NCBI RefSeq assembly: GCF_902713425.1
Contig: NC_081212.1
Location: forward strand, 9,908,261 to 9,972,260
DNA: 64,000 bases
Source of the DNA: Acipenser ruthenus
Lineage: Eukaryota
Direction of reading: 5' to 3'
Shown piece after piece: positions 48,791-60,419 of this stretch (the stretch's first letter is position 1; each line of letters begins with the position of its first letter). Under the pieces are notes generated by a model. It was not told the origin of the DNA. It did not search any database and was given only the letters and a program-made list of their open reading frames with translations. The translations under genes were made by a program, and so were the position numbers.

Positions 48791-49278
48791 ACCCAGGGGT
48801 TTGAGCTCAGGGGATGGATATGTGGTTTGGTAACAGAAGGAAATATGCCAGTCTAGCGTTTAAAAGGGACCAAGAACAAAGTACACAGAAAGAGCACTTG
48901 AAACTGCAAGTGCAAGTCAAAAAGGAAGTTAGAAAGGCCAAGAGAGAGATAGAAATGAACACTGCTAAGGGGGCTAAAACCAATTCCAAAAAGTATTTCC
49001 AATATTATAACAGCAAAAGAACATTCAAGGAGTAAAATGTCTAAGAGATACAACATCATACATGAAGAGAATACAACATCATACATGAAGAGAAAAAAAT
49101 TGCAAGTATATTAAATGATTATTTTTCACAAGTTTTTACAAAGGAGGATACGGATAACATGCCCCACATGTCGACTTGTTCCTATCCAGTTTTAAATAAC
49201 TTTAGCATAACAGAGCCAGAAGTGTTAAAGGGACTAGGAGCTCTTAAAATAAACAAATTCCCAGAGGGCTTCCGATTG

Positions 49279-49420
49279 GCGCATCCAGTAAAGGCGCTCC
49301 GCGTGGAGTGCAGGATGCGCCCTATAGCCTGGAGGTCACCGGTTCGAGTCCAGGCTATTCCACTGCCGACCGTGGATGGGAGCTCCCAGGGGGGCGGAGC
49401 ACAATTGGCCGATTATGGTT
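49279..49420 (+). mobile_element. tRNA-like head of the SINE family, inside the CR1 interruption
   Basis: ggcgcatccagtaaaggcgctccgcgtggagtgcaggatgcgccctatagcctggaggtcaccggttcgagtccaggc. Confidence 0.7.
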
Positions 49421-49739
49421 AACATGTAGAAAACAGAAAGTACTGATGTGACAGAGAAAGAATGAATCTTGGTTATAAATCTCCCTCCTGACCTGTGAGG
49501 GCGCTGTGGAAAGGGAAAAGTGTGCCCCGGACTGGATGGTTTGGCAGTTCATTCCAGGGTCAATCGGAAGTCGGCCATGCAGGAAGGGGGCAGAGCCAAA
49601 GTACACCAAGTCATTGCCCCAGACGGGAAGCGATGTGGCAACCGTGGATTGGGGGAAAAGCGCTTGCACTCGCTAACCAAGGGGGCGTGACTGAAGGTAC
49701 AAAAGGGGATGTGGCAAAGTGAACTGTTTCTTTGTTATG

Positions 49740-49975
49740 GTTGCGAAAGAACCGCTGAAAGACTGTAAGGGAAGTAATGCTAAAACTTTACAATGCATTA
49801 GTAAGACCTCATCTAGAATATTGTGTTCAGTTCTGGTCACCTCACTACAAAAAAAGCTGACACCTTGGATCCTTCAAGAAGCTGCTTGATGAGATTCTGG
49901 AATCAATAAGTTACTAACAACCAAATGAGCAAGATGGGCCGAATGGCCTCCTCTCATTTGTAACGTTTCTTATGT
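49740..49975 (+). mobile_element. short internally deleted CR1-like 3'-end copy
   Basis: joins …[25 protein letters not shown]… directly to …SFKKLLDEILESISY plus the 3' UTR. Confidence 0.6.
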
Positions 49976-52814
49976 TCTTAGGATTGTCAAGAACAATCAA
50001 GAATTGTTCCCATTTAGAAGTGGAAGAACTGCAGTAGCAGCGGACTGACCAGTAGATGTCATCAGTATCAGAAATCAGAGTGGTAGCAAAACACCTGAGT
50101 TTAACACTAGAACCGCCAGGCAGTCATTAATACGAGGTTTTCACTTTTAAAATTGTAATTACTCTACGTGTTTGAAAGACACGCAGTTGTCCATTCTTGA
50201 CTTTTCCTAAGTATATGTATTAGATAACCTGATGGCATTTGAAAGGAAGGATCGCAAAACTGTCACATTGACTGCCTTATACAATACATGTTTTTATTTT
50301 GAATATAACCTACAATATTCTATTTTATTTTTATATATAAGCCTGTTGTTATCTCTACTAGACCCGGCAGCCATCAATTCCTTTGTTTTGTACAAGGAAT
50401 GCCCCGGGGAAAATTTCAGTAGAAGAGATTTCATCTTGAAGCTAGCCACAGCGCTTCGGCAGAAACATTTCGATCAGAAAACTGCAAAGCAGCAGGCTGC
50501 AGCAGCTCAACCAGATTCTGTGCTGCACTGCGTGACACACGCAGGAGAAAACATATGTTACTTTTGTTTTAAATTAAAAACTACTTTCATTTTTACAAAA
50601 CTGTTAAAGGCAGAAGTGTTAAAAGGGACTAGGAGCTCTTAAAATAAACAAATCCCCTGGGCCAGATGAGATCCTCCCAATAGTACTCAAAGAAATAAAA
50701 TAAATTATTTACAAACCGCTAACCAAGATCATGCAACAGTCTCTTGACACAGGGGTTGTATCGACAGACTGGAGAATTGCAAATGTAATACGATCCACAA
50801 AAAGGGAAACAAAACTGAACCAGGTAACTACAGACCAATAAGCCTGACTTCTATTATATGTAAACTTATGGAAACTATAATAAGATCCAAAATGGAAAAT
50901 TACCTATATGGTAACAGTATCCTGGGAGACAGTCAGCATGGTTTTAGGAAAGGGAGATCGTGTCTAAATAACCTGCTTGATTTTTTTGAGGATGCAACAT
51001 CGACAATGGATAATTGCAAAGCATATGAAATGGTTTATTTAGATTTCCAGAAAGCTTTTGACAAAGTCCCGCATAAAAGATTAATTCTCAAACTGAACGC
51101 AGTAGGGATTCAAGGAAATGCATGCACATGGATTAGGGAGTGGTTAACATGTAGAAAACAGAAAGTACTGATTAAAGGAGAAACCTCAAAATGGAGCGAG
51201 GTAACCAGTGGTGTACCACAGGGATCAGTATTAGGTCCTCTGCTATTCCTAATCTACATTAATGATTTAGATTCTGGTATAGTAAGCAAACTTGTTAAAT
51301 TTGCAGATGACACAAAAATAGGAGTGGCAAACACTGTTACAGCAGCAAAGGTCATTCAAAATGATCTAGACAGCATTCAGAACTGGGCAGACACATGGCA
51401 AATGACATTTAATAGAGAAAAGTGTAAGGTACTGCACACAGGCAATAAATATGTGCATTATAAATATCATATGGGAGATACTGAAATTGGAGAAGGAATC
51501 TATGAAAAAGACCTAGGAGTTTATGTCGACTCAGAAATGTCTTGATGTAGACAATGTGGGGAAGCTATAAAAAGGCCAACAAGATGCTCGGATATATTGT
51601 GAAAAGTGTTGAATTTAAATCAAGGGAAGTAATGTTAAAACTTTACAATGCATTAGTAAGACCTCATCTAGAATATTGTGTTCTGTTCTGGTCACCTTGT
51701 TACAAAAAGGATATTGCTGCTCTAGAAAGAGTGCAAAGAAGAGCGACCAGAATTAGCCTGGGTTTAAAAGGCATGTCGTATGCAGACAGGCTGAAAGAAT
51801 TTAATCTATTCAGTCTTGAACAAAGAAGACTACGCGGCGAACTGATTCAAGCATTCAAAATTCAAAAAGGTATAGACAATGTCAACCCAGGGGACTTCTT
51901 TGACCTGAAAAAAGAAACAAGGACCAGGGGTCACAAATGGAGATTAGATAAAGGGGCATTCAGAACAGAAAATAGGAGACACTTTTTTACACAGAGAATT
52001 GTGAGGGTCTGGAACCAACTCCCCAGTAATGTTGTTGAAGCCGACACCCTGGTATCCTTCAAGCAGCTGCTTGATGAGATTCTGGGATCAATAAGCTACT
52101 AACAACCAAACGAGCAAGATGGGCCGAATGGCCTCCTCTCGTTTGTAAACTTTTTTATGTTCTTATATTTACCCCTGCTTCCACGCTGGTTTCTTTTGAA
52201 ATGTTTATTTTATTATAGTTTCATATTTTGAAGTAGTGCTTTATATGTGGCAAGTTAGAAATAAACCCTTTTATGGTTAATTGTTCATTTAAATACGGCG
52301 TTTCGGCTGTGCAGATGTTTGATATGATGTGCTTGAATAAAACTTTTGAGTTGTATCCGATAGTTTAAATATTAATACTGATGTTGTTTAGAATGTAACC
52401 GTCATAATGACTGCCAGCGGTGGTTTTAGGTATGAGTATAACCACAGCGGTTCCAGTGTTAATGAGGTAATTGGATCATTTGAAATGGACTGTTATTTAA
52501 TTAAGCACTAACCATAAAAAAACATTTTGGGTGTGTCAGAAAGGAGAGCAAGAGGGAGTGCTGGAGAGTGGAGTTAGAACCTGTGAGTAACAAGAACTGG
52601 TGTTTAAGAGACAAGTAAACAGCTTAGCTATCCTGTGACAGACAGGGAAGCAACTTTAAATTGTGTCGGTAGTATCTTCAAGTGATTTTTGTTTGTTTGT
52701 TTGTTTTGTGTTGTATAATTTGTGAATAGCATTGTGTTGGAACTGCAAAACAAAGTCTCCAGAGTTTTGTACCTACACCGCTGTACCCAGCCACGTTCCC
52801 ACAATATGTAAAAC

Positions 52815-53045
52815 ATAGTGTGGAGTAGTGGTTCGGGCTCTGGACTCTTAACCAGAAGGTCGTGGGTTCAATTCCAGGTGGGGACACTGCTGCTGTACCC
52901 TTGAGCAAGGTACTTTACCTAGATTGCTCCAGTAAAAACCCAACTGTATAAATGGGTAATTGTATGTAAAAAAATAATGTGATATCTTGTAACAACTGTA
53001 AGTCGCCCTGCATAAGGGCGTCTGCTAAGAAATAAATAATAATAA
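52815..53045 (+). mobile_element. complete tRNA-derived SINE of the HpaI/SmaI-like type with conserved tail
   Basis: tRNA-like head ggagtagtggttcgggctctggactcttaaccagaaggtcgtgggttcaattcc; core ctgctgtacccttgagcaaggtactttacc; tail gtaagtcgccctgcataagggcgtctgctaagaaataaataataat. Confidence 0.75.
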
Positions 53046-53539
53046 TTTATGTGTGCATGGAAAAGATTTTGAATAATTTTAGAAATATTAAATGAAACTA
53101 AGTTCAATAACTACTAGAACTCTTTTTCATTGAAAAGACTTAAAGTTGAAAGTTTATCATTGAATTTAAGTTTCTTTAAGTATTTCTAAATGTAGCACTA
53201 TTGAATGTTTAGTAGTCATGGAAGACTTTTGTAATAAATTAAACTGTAAAAATAACTACAGCGGGCCTCTATATTTGGCCTGCATATTTTGTTTCCCATT
53301 TCCGAATACCCTCTCTGCAAATCTGGATTTCTCTGTATTGGGATTTCTCATTATTATTCACATTAACCGGGATTACATTGAAAAAAAAGTGCTGTGATAT
53401 GCACAACACAGGATGCAGCAAGGGTACAGTCACGTGTTTCCTGTAAACACTGCAGGGGGTTCTGTAACCCTTCACAACTTCAATTCAATTGAACAGAAGG
53501 TCTGCAGTCACGGTGTGGACTGTGCTGTGCTCAGCTTAC

Positions 53540-53733
53540 CAGGATGAAGTCGGTCTGGTAGGTGGAGAGCATGAAAACAGAGATGTTGTGATCAGCCAGC
53601 GGTGCGATAACTGACTTGGCAATTTTGGTGACTCCGATTGGCTGGTTGCTGGAGGAACTCCCACCCCCCGAGACCACGTTCAGTGCAAGCCATGTTGCCT
53701 CAGCCACACTCAGAAACTCGGACACAGGCAGCT
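53540..53733 (-). CDS. castor2: CASTOR/GATS-like protein coding exon (ELPVSEFLSVAEATWLALNVVSGGGSSSSNQPIGVTKIAKSVIAPLADHNISVFMLSTYQTDFIL)
   Basis: minus-strand acceptor ...CTCTCTGTATTTCAG at 53734-53736 and donor GTAAGC at 53539; strong match to human CASTOR1 ELPPSEFLQVAEATWLVLNV...GVTKIARSVIAPLAEHHVSVLMLSTYQTDFILV. Paralogue assignment (castor1 vs castor2) is tentative, suggested only by the adjacency to rcc1l. Confidence 0.85.
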
Positions 53734-53789
53734 CTGAAATACAGAGAGAGAGAGAGAGAGAGGAGAGAAAATGTATGAATGAGAGGAGG

Positions 53790-54200
53790 CGATTCATCCC
53801 ATTAATGCTCTTGTGGTTCATAGCAGCTGATTGACCTCCAAACTTTTACAATTCTTAAAGGATCTCAAAGGTTCTGCATTTACAACATGACTAGGTAAAC
53901 CATTCCATAAACCACTTCATTTCCAACTGTGCCCTCTGTTCCTGGGTCCTGTGCTCAGAAAGTATTGGTTAGGGTTTTGTCAATTCCTTTAAAGATATTA
54001 AAGACTTTAATCAAGTCCCCCCTAGTTATTTAGGCTAAACATTCAATTGTTTCACAGCTCACAGCTCATTCCTGTAAGCCCTGGGATTTGGTTGCTCTTC
54101 CTTGGACTTTCTCCACAGTCACAATGTCCTTTAAGAACTGAACACATCCATTCATTTCTATGAGTCTCAAGTGTTCCGTTTTGAAAGAAAGATCTGTTTT
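53790..54200 (-). mobile_element. CR1/L2-like LINE 3' fragment
   Basis: minus-strand translation includes …RGDLIKVFNIFKGID…; adjacent to the 190-bp 3'-tail family. Confidence 0.5.
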
Positions 54201-54602
54201 ATCAAACAAGTCTGTTTATTTTTAAATATCTGGTACTATTCTAGGTTATGAAATCTGTTTGCAGCCATGCTTTTAGACCGTCTTTCACTTCCTGGGTCAC
54301 CTGAGGGTGAAATTGTCTCCGTCCCTTCACCGGATTCTTCCTGTCACTAGCCAACCAGCTGCTCTCCCTATTGACTGACATGCCTTCAGCCAGTAACATG
54401 ACCCAGAGGACACTGCTGAGGTGAAATGACCAAAAAGCAGTAGCAGACTTCCTGGTAGGCAGGGCAAGAAACATGAGAACGTTCTTTAGCCTGTGTGTTT
54501 CAAAAGGAATGTTTGAAACCCATGTAGCTAATGGAAGTGCAAAACGGTAAGATTGATGGAATCACCTTGTTAGCCCTAGAGCTCAGATGAAAGCACCTTA
54601 AC

Positions 54603-55312
54603 ACAGTATTACAAGATGAAGCACACTGTACTACAAGATGAAGCACACTGTATTACAAGATGAAGCGCACTGTATTACAAGATGAAGCACAGTATTACAA
54701 GATGAAGCACACAGTATTACAAGATGAAGCACACTGTATTACAAGATGAAGCACACTGTATTACAAGATGAAGCGCACTGTATTACAAGATGAAGCGCAC
54801 AGTATTACAAGATGAAGTACACTGTATTACAAGATGAAGTACACTGTATTACAAGATGAAGCACACAGTATTACAAGATGAAGCGCACTGTATTACAAGA
54901 TGAAGCGCACAGTATTACAAGATGAAGCGCACAGTATTACAAGATGAAGCGCACAGTATTACAAGATGAAGCGCACAGTATTACAAGATGAAGCGCACAG
55001 TATTACAAGATGAAGCGCACAGTATTACAAGATGAAGCACACTGTATTACAAGATGAAGCACACTGTATTACAAGATGAAGCACACTGTACTACAAGATG
55101 AAGCACACTGTATTACAAGATGAAGCACACTGTACTACAAGATGAAGCACACTGTATTACAAGATGAAGCACACTGTATTACAAGATGAAGCGCACTGTA
55201 TTACAAGATGAAACACACTGTATTACAAGATGAAGCACACAGTATTACAAGATGAAGCACACTATTACAAGATGAAGCACACTGTATTACAAGATGAAGC
55301 ACACTGTATTTG
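54603..55312. repeat. 21-bp minisatellite (gtattacaagatgaagc[a/g]cac[a/t])n, about 34 copies
   Basis: direct reading. Confidence 0.9.
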
Positions 55313-56099
55313 AGTAACTTACTCCAAACATCATAAAAATGTAAGAGGACAGTAAAAAAGAAAAGAAAGAAAATGACACTTTATATTTGAACTGCTCATG
55401 ATACTGGAGAGAATATTTTTGTTGTTCAGCATTTGTTTTCAGCTAATGCATAGTTCCCCCACCTCAATGACACATTCTCTCTCTGACTCTTGTGAAGTGC
55501 TGACAGAGAGAGAGTGTGTCAGGCCCCCTGTGGAAGACAGCGCTGGAACAGATCCAGGACCTCATGCCATCTTCTGCAGCAGTGTTTACCAACCTTCACA
55601 CCTTATGCACACTTTAAACAAGTCTGTCAGTAACATCCACCCCCTGTCACTGCTGTAAACTCAAAACTAGAGATAGCAGTATGGGGAAACATATTTATCA
55701 ACATCATGTACAGAATAGTACACAATAAAGTGATTATCCAGATATATGCAAAAATGTAAGTGAGATATACAGATGGGTGGATGTACGGACAGACATCCCC
55801 CTATAGCTCCAGAATTTGATATTATCAATAACTTGTGATTATTGGATAAAAGTTAGTAAATGCATTCAAAAACCATTAATAACCAAGTGTCTGTTACATT
55901 CATTTTAAGACCTAAGCAATGACATTGGTAACAGAGACAAGCACTAAAGGACTCTGTTGAAAATTAAGTAGAGACACATTTAAAGACAGAGGGTAGGAGA
56001 CGCTTCTTCACACAGTGGCGAGAGGGTATCGAATGGGTTACCTAGTTATGTTGTTCAGGCAGAATCACTGGAATCCTTTAAGACCAACTTGGCAATGAA

Positions 56100-56380
56100 A
56101 ACTCCAAATCAACACTGCAGAGCGCTCTAGTAGTATAGGAAAGAGAACTCCACTCAACACTGCAGAGTGCTCTGGCAGTATAGGAAAGAGAACTCCACTC
56201 AACACTGCAGAGTGCTCTGGTAGTACAGGAAAGAGAACTCCCCTCAATACTGCAGTGCGCTCTAGTAGTATAGGAAAGAGAACTCCACTCAACACTGCAG
56301 AGCGCTGTAGTAGTATAGGAAAGAGAACTCCACTCAACACTGCAGAGCGCTCTAGTAGTATAGGAAAGTATTGGAAAGAT
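56100..56380. repeat. 57-bp minisatellite (ctccactcaacactgcagagcgctctagtagtataggaaagagaa…)n, about 5 copies
   Basis: direct reading. Confidence 0.85.
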
Positions 56381-56499
56381 TTCTGTTTTGCTGTGGAACT
56401 AGGTATTGTATTGATTACAATATTTGAAGAGAGTCCAACGAAGAGCAAACTGATTAACCGCAAGGCTAAAGGAATGAGCTATGAAGATAAGTGTGGAGA

Positions 56500-56760
56500 A
56501 GGAGATGCTTGTTCACACAAAGAGTGGTGAGGGTATGCAATGGGTTTCCTAGTCATGTTGTTGAAGGAAACACTTCTTCACACAGAGAGTGGTGAGGGTA
56601 TGGAATGGGTTTCCTAGTCATGTTGCTGAAGGAGACACTTGTTCACACAGAGAGTGGTGAGGGTATGGAATGGGTTACCTAGTCATGTTGTTGAAGGAGA
56701 CACTTCTTCACACAGAGAGTGGTGAGGGTATGGAATGGGTTTCCTAGTCATGTTGTATGT
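56500..56760 (+). repeat. tandem quadruplication of a 60-bp piece of the CR1-like 3' terminus (cacttcttcacacagagagtggtgagggtatggaatgggtttcctagtcatgttgttgaaggaga)n
   Basis: direct reading. Confidence 0.85.
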
Positions 56761-56765
56761 ATGCT

Positions 56766-59700
56766 TGTCACAAAGACGGCCAGAGTGGGTGGCGTCAGAC
56801 CAGAAAAGGAATACACAGACAGACGGTGGTGATGATGAGCTGAGTGCAATGGCTGCACTCAGCGTTTATTAACAAATAAAAAGGTTTAACAGTACAAAAA
56901 CAGGACACGGCACTGGTAGCCAAAAGAAACATATAAACAAAACGGACTAAACACTAAACAGACGGTGCAGGACAGACAGACGAACACGGCGAGTACAAAC
57001 AACTATTATATTTACGATCTTTTCGCTTTTTAACTCTCCTTCTCCACACCCGTTCTCCACTCCCGAACACCTAACCCTGACTGACTAAAAATGTGCCTAT
57101 TTATACTGTTGTGCTGGGATTCAATTACTAATTAATTATTCACTTGAATCCCAGCACGTGAATTAATTCTGTGCAACCCCGTGCTCACATAATAGATTTA
57201 ACCAGCACGTGAAGTGATTTGTGCTCTCCTCGTGCCTAAATACAAATCTACACTTTTTAAATACACGTGAATCACAGACCTGTTTATATCCCGTGTACCA
57301 ATCTATACACCAACATTTACACACGCAACACGCAACACATAACACAAATGCACACAGGGGCGGGGCGCTTTGCCACATATACCCCCCCTTGTGCGCAGCA
57401 CACATGGCCTCAACGGCCACCTCCCCCCTTAAAAATCCAGCAGTCCAGGACAAAGTCTCGGGCTGGGAAGGGAGGCTTCAGTGGGCCCATGGCTGGCCAT
57501 GCTGTCAGCACCCCTGCCGGTAGTGGCACGGCTGACAGCCTGTTGGTCCCATCCTGCAGCGAAAAAGCTGCGGGGGCAGGTGGTCCCCCGACCTCCCCCT
57601 TCTTCGTAGCCGGCAGCTCCCTCCTGTGGGGCTCCGGCCACAAGACCTCCTGCAGCGAAACTGCTGCTGGGGAAAGTGGTCTCCAGACCTCGTCCCCCTT
57701 CTTTGTAGCCGGTAGCTCCCTTTGGTGGGGCTCCGACCACAGTACTGCCGGCAGCGAAGAAGCTGCAGTGGGAGCAGGTCTCCGGACCTCCCCCACGATC
57801 TCCGGCAGCGAAACTGCTGCAGTGGGAGCAGGTCTCCGGACCTCCCCCACGATCTCCGGCAGCGAAACTGCTGCAGTGGGAGCAGGTCTCCGGACCTCCC
57901 CCACGATCTCCGGCAGCGAAACTGCTGCAGTGGGAGCAGGTCTCCTGACCTCCCCCACGATCTCCGGCAGCGAAACTGCTGCAGTGGGAGCAGGTCTCCA
58001 GACCTCCTCCCCCTTCTTCGTGGCCGACAGCTCCCCTTTCTGGGGCTCCGGCCACCGTACTCCCCGTGGTGGAGGTATGGGAAGCAGAGACAGCTCCTGC
58101 TGTTCTGCTTCTGGCAGTGGCAGAGGCAGAGGCAGCTCCTCTGCTCCTGGAAGTGGCAGAGGCAGCTCCTGCTCCTCTGCTCCTGGAAGTGGCAGAGGCA
58201 GCTCCTGCTCCTTTGCTCCTGCCGGTGTAGGTGGCGGAGGCAGAGGCAGCTCCGGCTGCTCTGCTCCTGCCGTTGTAGGTGGCGGAGGCAGAGGCAGCTC
58301 CTGCTCCTCTGCTCCTGGAAGTGGCAGAGGCAGCTCCGGCTGCTCTGCTCCTGTCGGTGAAGGTGGGAGCAGCGTGTAGTCTCCTGCCGATGGAGGTGGG
58401 AGCAGCGTGTAGTCTCCCCCTTTTTCAGGGGACTGGTGCTGCTCTGCCTCTCTTGCAGCGGACTGGTGCGGCTCTGCTTCTGAAGGGGAAACCAGCAGGC
58501 ATTCTTCCTCTGCTGGTTGTGCTGGGGAAACCAGCAGGCATTCTTCCTCTGCTGGTTGTGCTGGGGAAACCAGCAGGCATTCTTCCTCTGCTGGTTGTGC
58601 TGGGGAAACCAGCAGGCATTCTTCCTCTGCTGGTTGTGCTGGGGAAACCAGCAGGCATTCTTCCTCTGCTGGTTGGGCTGGGGAAACCAGCAGGCATTCT
58701 TCCTCTGCTGGTTGTGATGGGGAAACCAGCAGGCATTCTTGCTCTGCTGGTGAAGGTGGGAACAGCTGCCTCTCAGGCTTCGGATTCCCGCGGTCCCCCC
58801 GTCTGGGCGCTGGACGCTCGCGGTCCCCCCGTCTGGGCGCTGGACGCTCGCGGTCCCCCCGTCTGGGCGCTGGTTCCTCCTCTTCATACTGGGTGGGGCA
58901 TATGGCTAACGTGTGCCCATAAGCCCCACAGCCAGGGCATAACTCTGCTGCGAGGTTCTTTAAAAAAACCTCCCAGCCATCATCCTCGACCTCCTCCCTT
59001 TTGGGCTGTGGACGCCCCGACTCCTCCCTTTTGGGCTGTGGACACTCGGGTTCCCCCCACTCAGGCGTAGGACGTTCGGGTTCCTCCCACTCAGGCGTAG
59101 GACGCTCGGGCTCCTCCCACTCGGGCTGTGGACGCTCAGGCTCCTCCCACTCGGGCTGTGGACGCTCAGGCTCCTCCCACTCGGGCTGTGGACGCTCAGG
59201 CTCCTCCCACTCGGGCTGTGGACGCTCAGGCTCCTCCCACTCGGGCTGTGGACGCTCAGGCTCCTCCCACTCGGGCTGTGGACGCTCAGGCTCCTCCCAC
59301 TCGGGCTGTGGACGCTCAGGCTCCTCCCACTCAGGTACTGGAGAGGGCAGCGACTGCTCCTCTCCCTCTTGCTCACTGGAAGGCATCCCTCCCATGTCTG
59401 CAGCTAGGTAACCCAGCACCACAATGGTGAGGTCACGAACGGATGCCGGGTTGTGCTGTTGCTCCCAGTCCTCCCATCATTTCCCATCTCGCATCTGCAG
59501 TGCGTGAATAACCATGGGGAGGTCACTGGCGAAGTTCCCCTCGGGGTGCACCAGCCAGTCCCATATTTCCCGGGACGGTGGGGAACCCGGTGGCAGTGGG
59601 GGTAGAGGGGTGGCTACTGCCCCGTTGTGGCTGTCCTCCTCCCAGCAGGATGAGGGCTGCAGCTGTTGTTGTTGCTGCTGCTGCTTCTGCTGCTTCCTGC

Positions 59701-60419
59701 AGCTCTTTCTTCCCATCCTCGCTTTACTATTTTTTTTTTTTTTTTTTCACAAAACCCCCTCTCCTGGTCTGACGCTTGGAGGCGCTATTATCCCACGATG
59801 ACACCACGTGTCACAAAGACGGCCAGAGTGGGTGGCGTCAGACCAGAAAAGGAATACACAGACAGACGGTGGTGATGATGAGCTGAGTGCAATGGCTGCA
59901 CTCAGCGTTTATTAACAAATAAAAAGGTTTAACAGTACAAAAACAGGACACGGCACTGGTAGCCAAAAGAAACATATAAACAAAACGGACTAAACACTAA
60001 ACAGACGGTGCAGGACAGACAGACGAACATGGTGAGTACAAACAACTATTATATTTACGATCTTTTCGCTTTTTAACTCTCCTTCTCCACACCCGTTCTC
60101 CACTCCCGAACACCTAACCCTGACTGACTAAAAATGTGCCTATTTATACTGTTGTGCTGGGATTCAATTACTAATTAATTATTCACTTGAATCCCAGCAC
60201 GTGAATTAATTCTGTGCAACCCCGTGCTCACATATTACATTTAACCAGCACGTGAAGTGATTTGTGCTCTCCTCGTGCCTAAATACAAATCTACACTTTT
60301 TAAATACACGTGAAACACAGACCCGTTTATATCCCGTGTACCAATCTATACACCAACATTTACACACGCAACACGCAACACATAACACAAATGCACACAG
60401 GGGCGGGGCGCTTTGCCAC
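56766..60419 (-). mobile_element. young non-autonomous LTR retrotransposon (3654 bp): 611/612-bp LTRs at 56766-57377 and 59809-60419, TG…CA termini, 5-bp TSD ATGCT, PBS-like tggtgtcatcgtgggat next to the 5' LTR, polypurine tract aaggggggg next to the 3' LTR, and a single gag-like ORF
   Basis: the two LTR copies are about 99% identical; TSD ATGCT at 56761-56765 and 60420-60424; internal ORF has a CCHC knuckle CPGCGAYGHTLAIC; no pol. Confidence 0.85.
57410..59422 (-). CDS. gag-like ORF (670 aa) of the LTR element: one CX2CX4HX4C zinc knuckle and extensive internal tandem peptide repeats (PEWEEPERPQ x10, PAQPAEEECLLVS x7, RRPAPTAAVSLPEIVGEV x4)
   Basis: longest ORF in the window; lies between PBS and PPT of the LTR element; overlapping + strand ORFs are alternate-frame artefacts. 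Confidence 0.6.
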   Translation of the reverse strand: MVLGYLAADMGGMPSSEQEGEEQSLPSPVPEWEEPERPQPEWEEPERPQPEWEEPERPQPEWEEPERPQPEWEEPERPQPEWEEPERPQPEWEEPERPQPEWEEPERPTPEWEEPERPTPEWGEPECPQPKREESGRPQPKREEVEDDGWEVFLKNLAAELCPGCGAYGHTLAICPTQYEEEEPAPRRGDRERPAPRRGDRERPAPRRGDRGNPKPERQLFPPSPAEQECLLVSPSQPAEEECLLVSPAQPAEEECLLVSPAQPAEEECLLVSPAQPAEEECLLVSPAQPAEEECLLVSPAQPAEEECLLVSPSEAEPHQSAAREAEQHQSPEKGGDYTLLPPPSAGDYTLLPPSPTGAEQPELPLPLPGAEEQELPLPPPPTTAGAEQPELPLPPPPTPAGAKEQELPLPLPGAEEQELPLPLPGAEELPLPLPLPEAEQQELSLLPIPPPRGVRWPEPQKGELSATKKGEEVWRPAPTAAVSLPEIVGEVRRPAPTAAVSLPEIVGEVRRPAPTAAVSLPEIVGEVRRPAPTAAVSLPEIVGEVRRPAPTAASSLPAVLWSEPHQRELPATKKGDEVWRPLSPAAVSLQEVLWPEPHRRELPATKKGEVGGPPAPAAFSLQDGTNRLSAVPLPAGVLTAWPAMGPLKPPFPARDFVLDCWIFKGGGGR

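Larger units (their letters stand above)
48800..52168 (+). mobile_element. CR1-like LINE, nearly full-length ORF2 (RT and C-terminal domain) with intact 3' end. It is interrupted at 49253-50610 by a composite insert and carries a few frameshifts
   Basis: ORF2 N-terminus at 48814-49250; clean ORFs 50868-51545 (RT: FRKGRSCLNNLLDFF…VPQGSVLGPLLFLIYINDL…FADDTKIG) and 51554-52102 (C-terminus …FFTQRIVRVWNQLPSNVVEADTLVSFKQLLDEILGSISY); 3' UTR ends …gatgggccgaatggcctcctctcgtttgtaaactttttttatgttc. Confidence 0.85.

Noticed and set aside
57267-59430. several long + strand ORFs (370, 263, 212, 136 aa) and extra minus-strand ORFs (460, 208 aa) overlapping the gag-like ORF
   Set aside because: All lie within tandemly repetitive, GC-rich DNA, where every frame is open. 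Only the 670-aa minus-strand frame has the CCHC knuckle and sits correctly between PBS and PPT. The others are alternate-frame artefacts.
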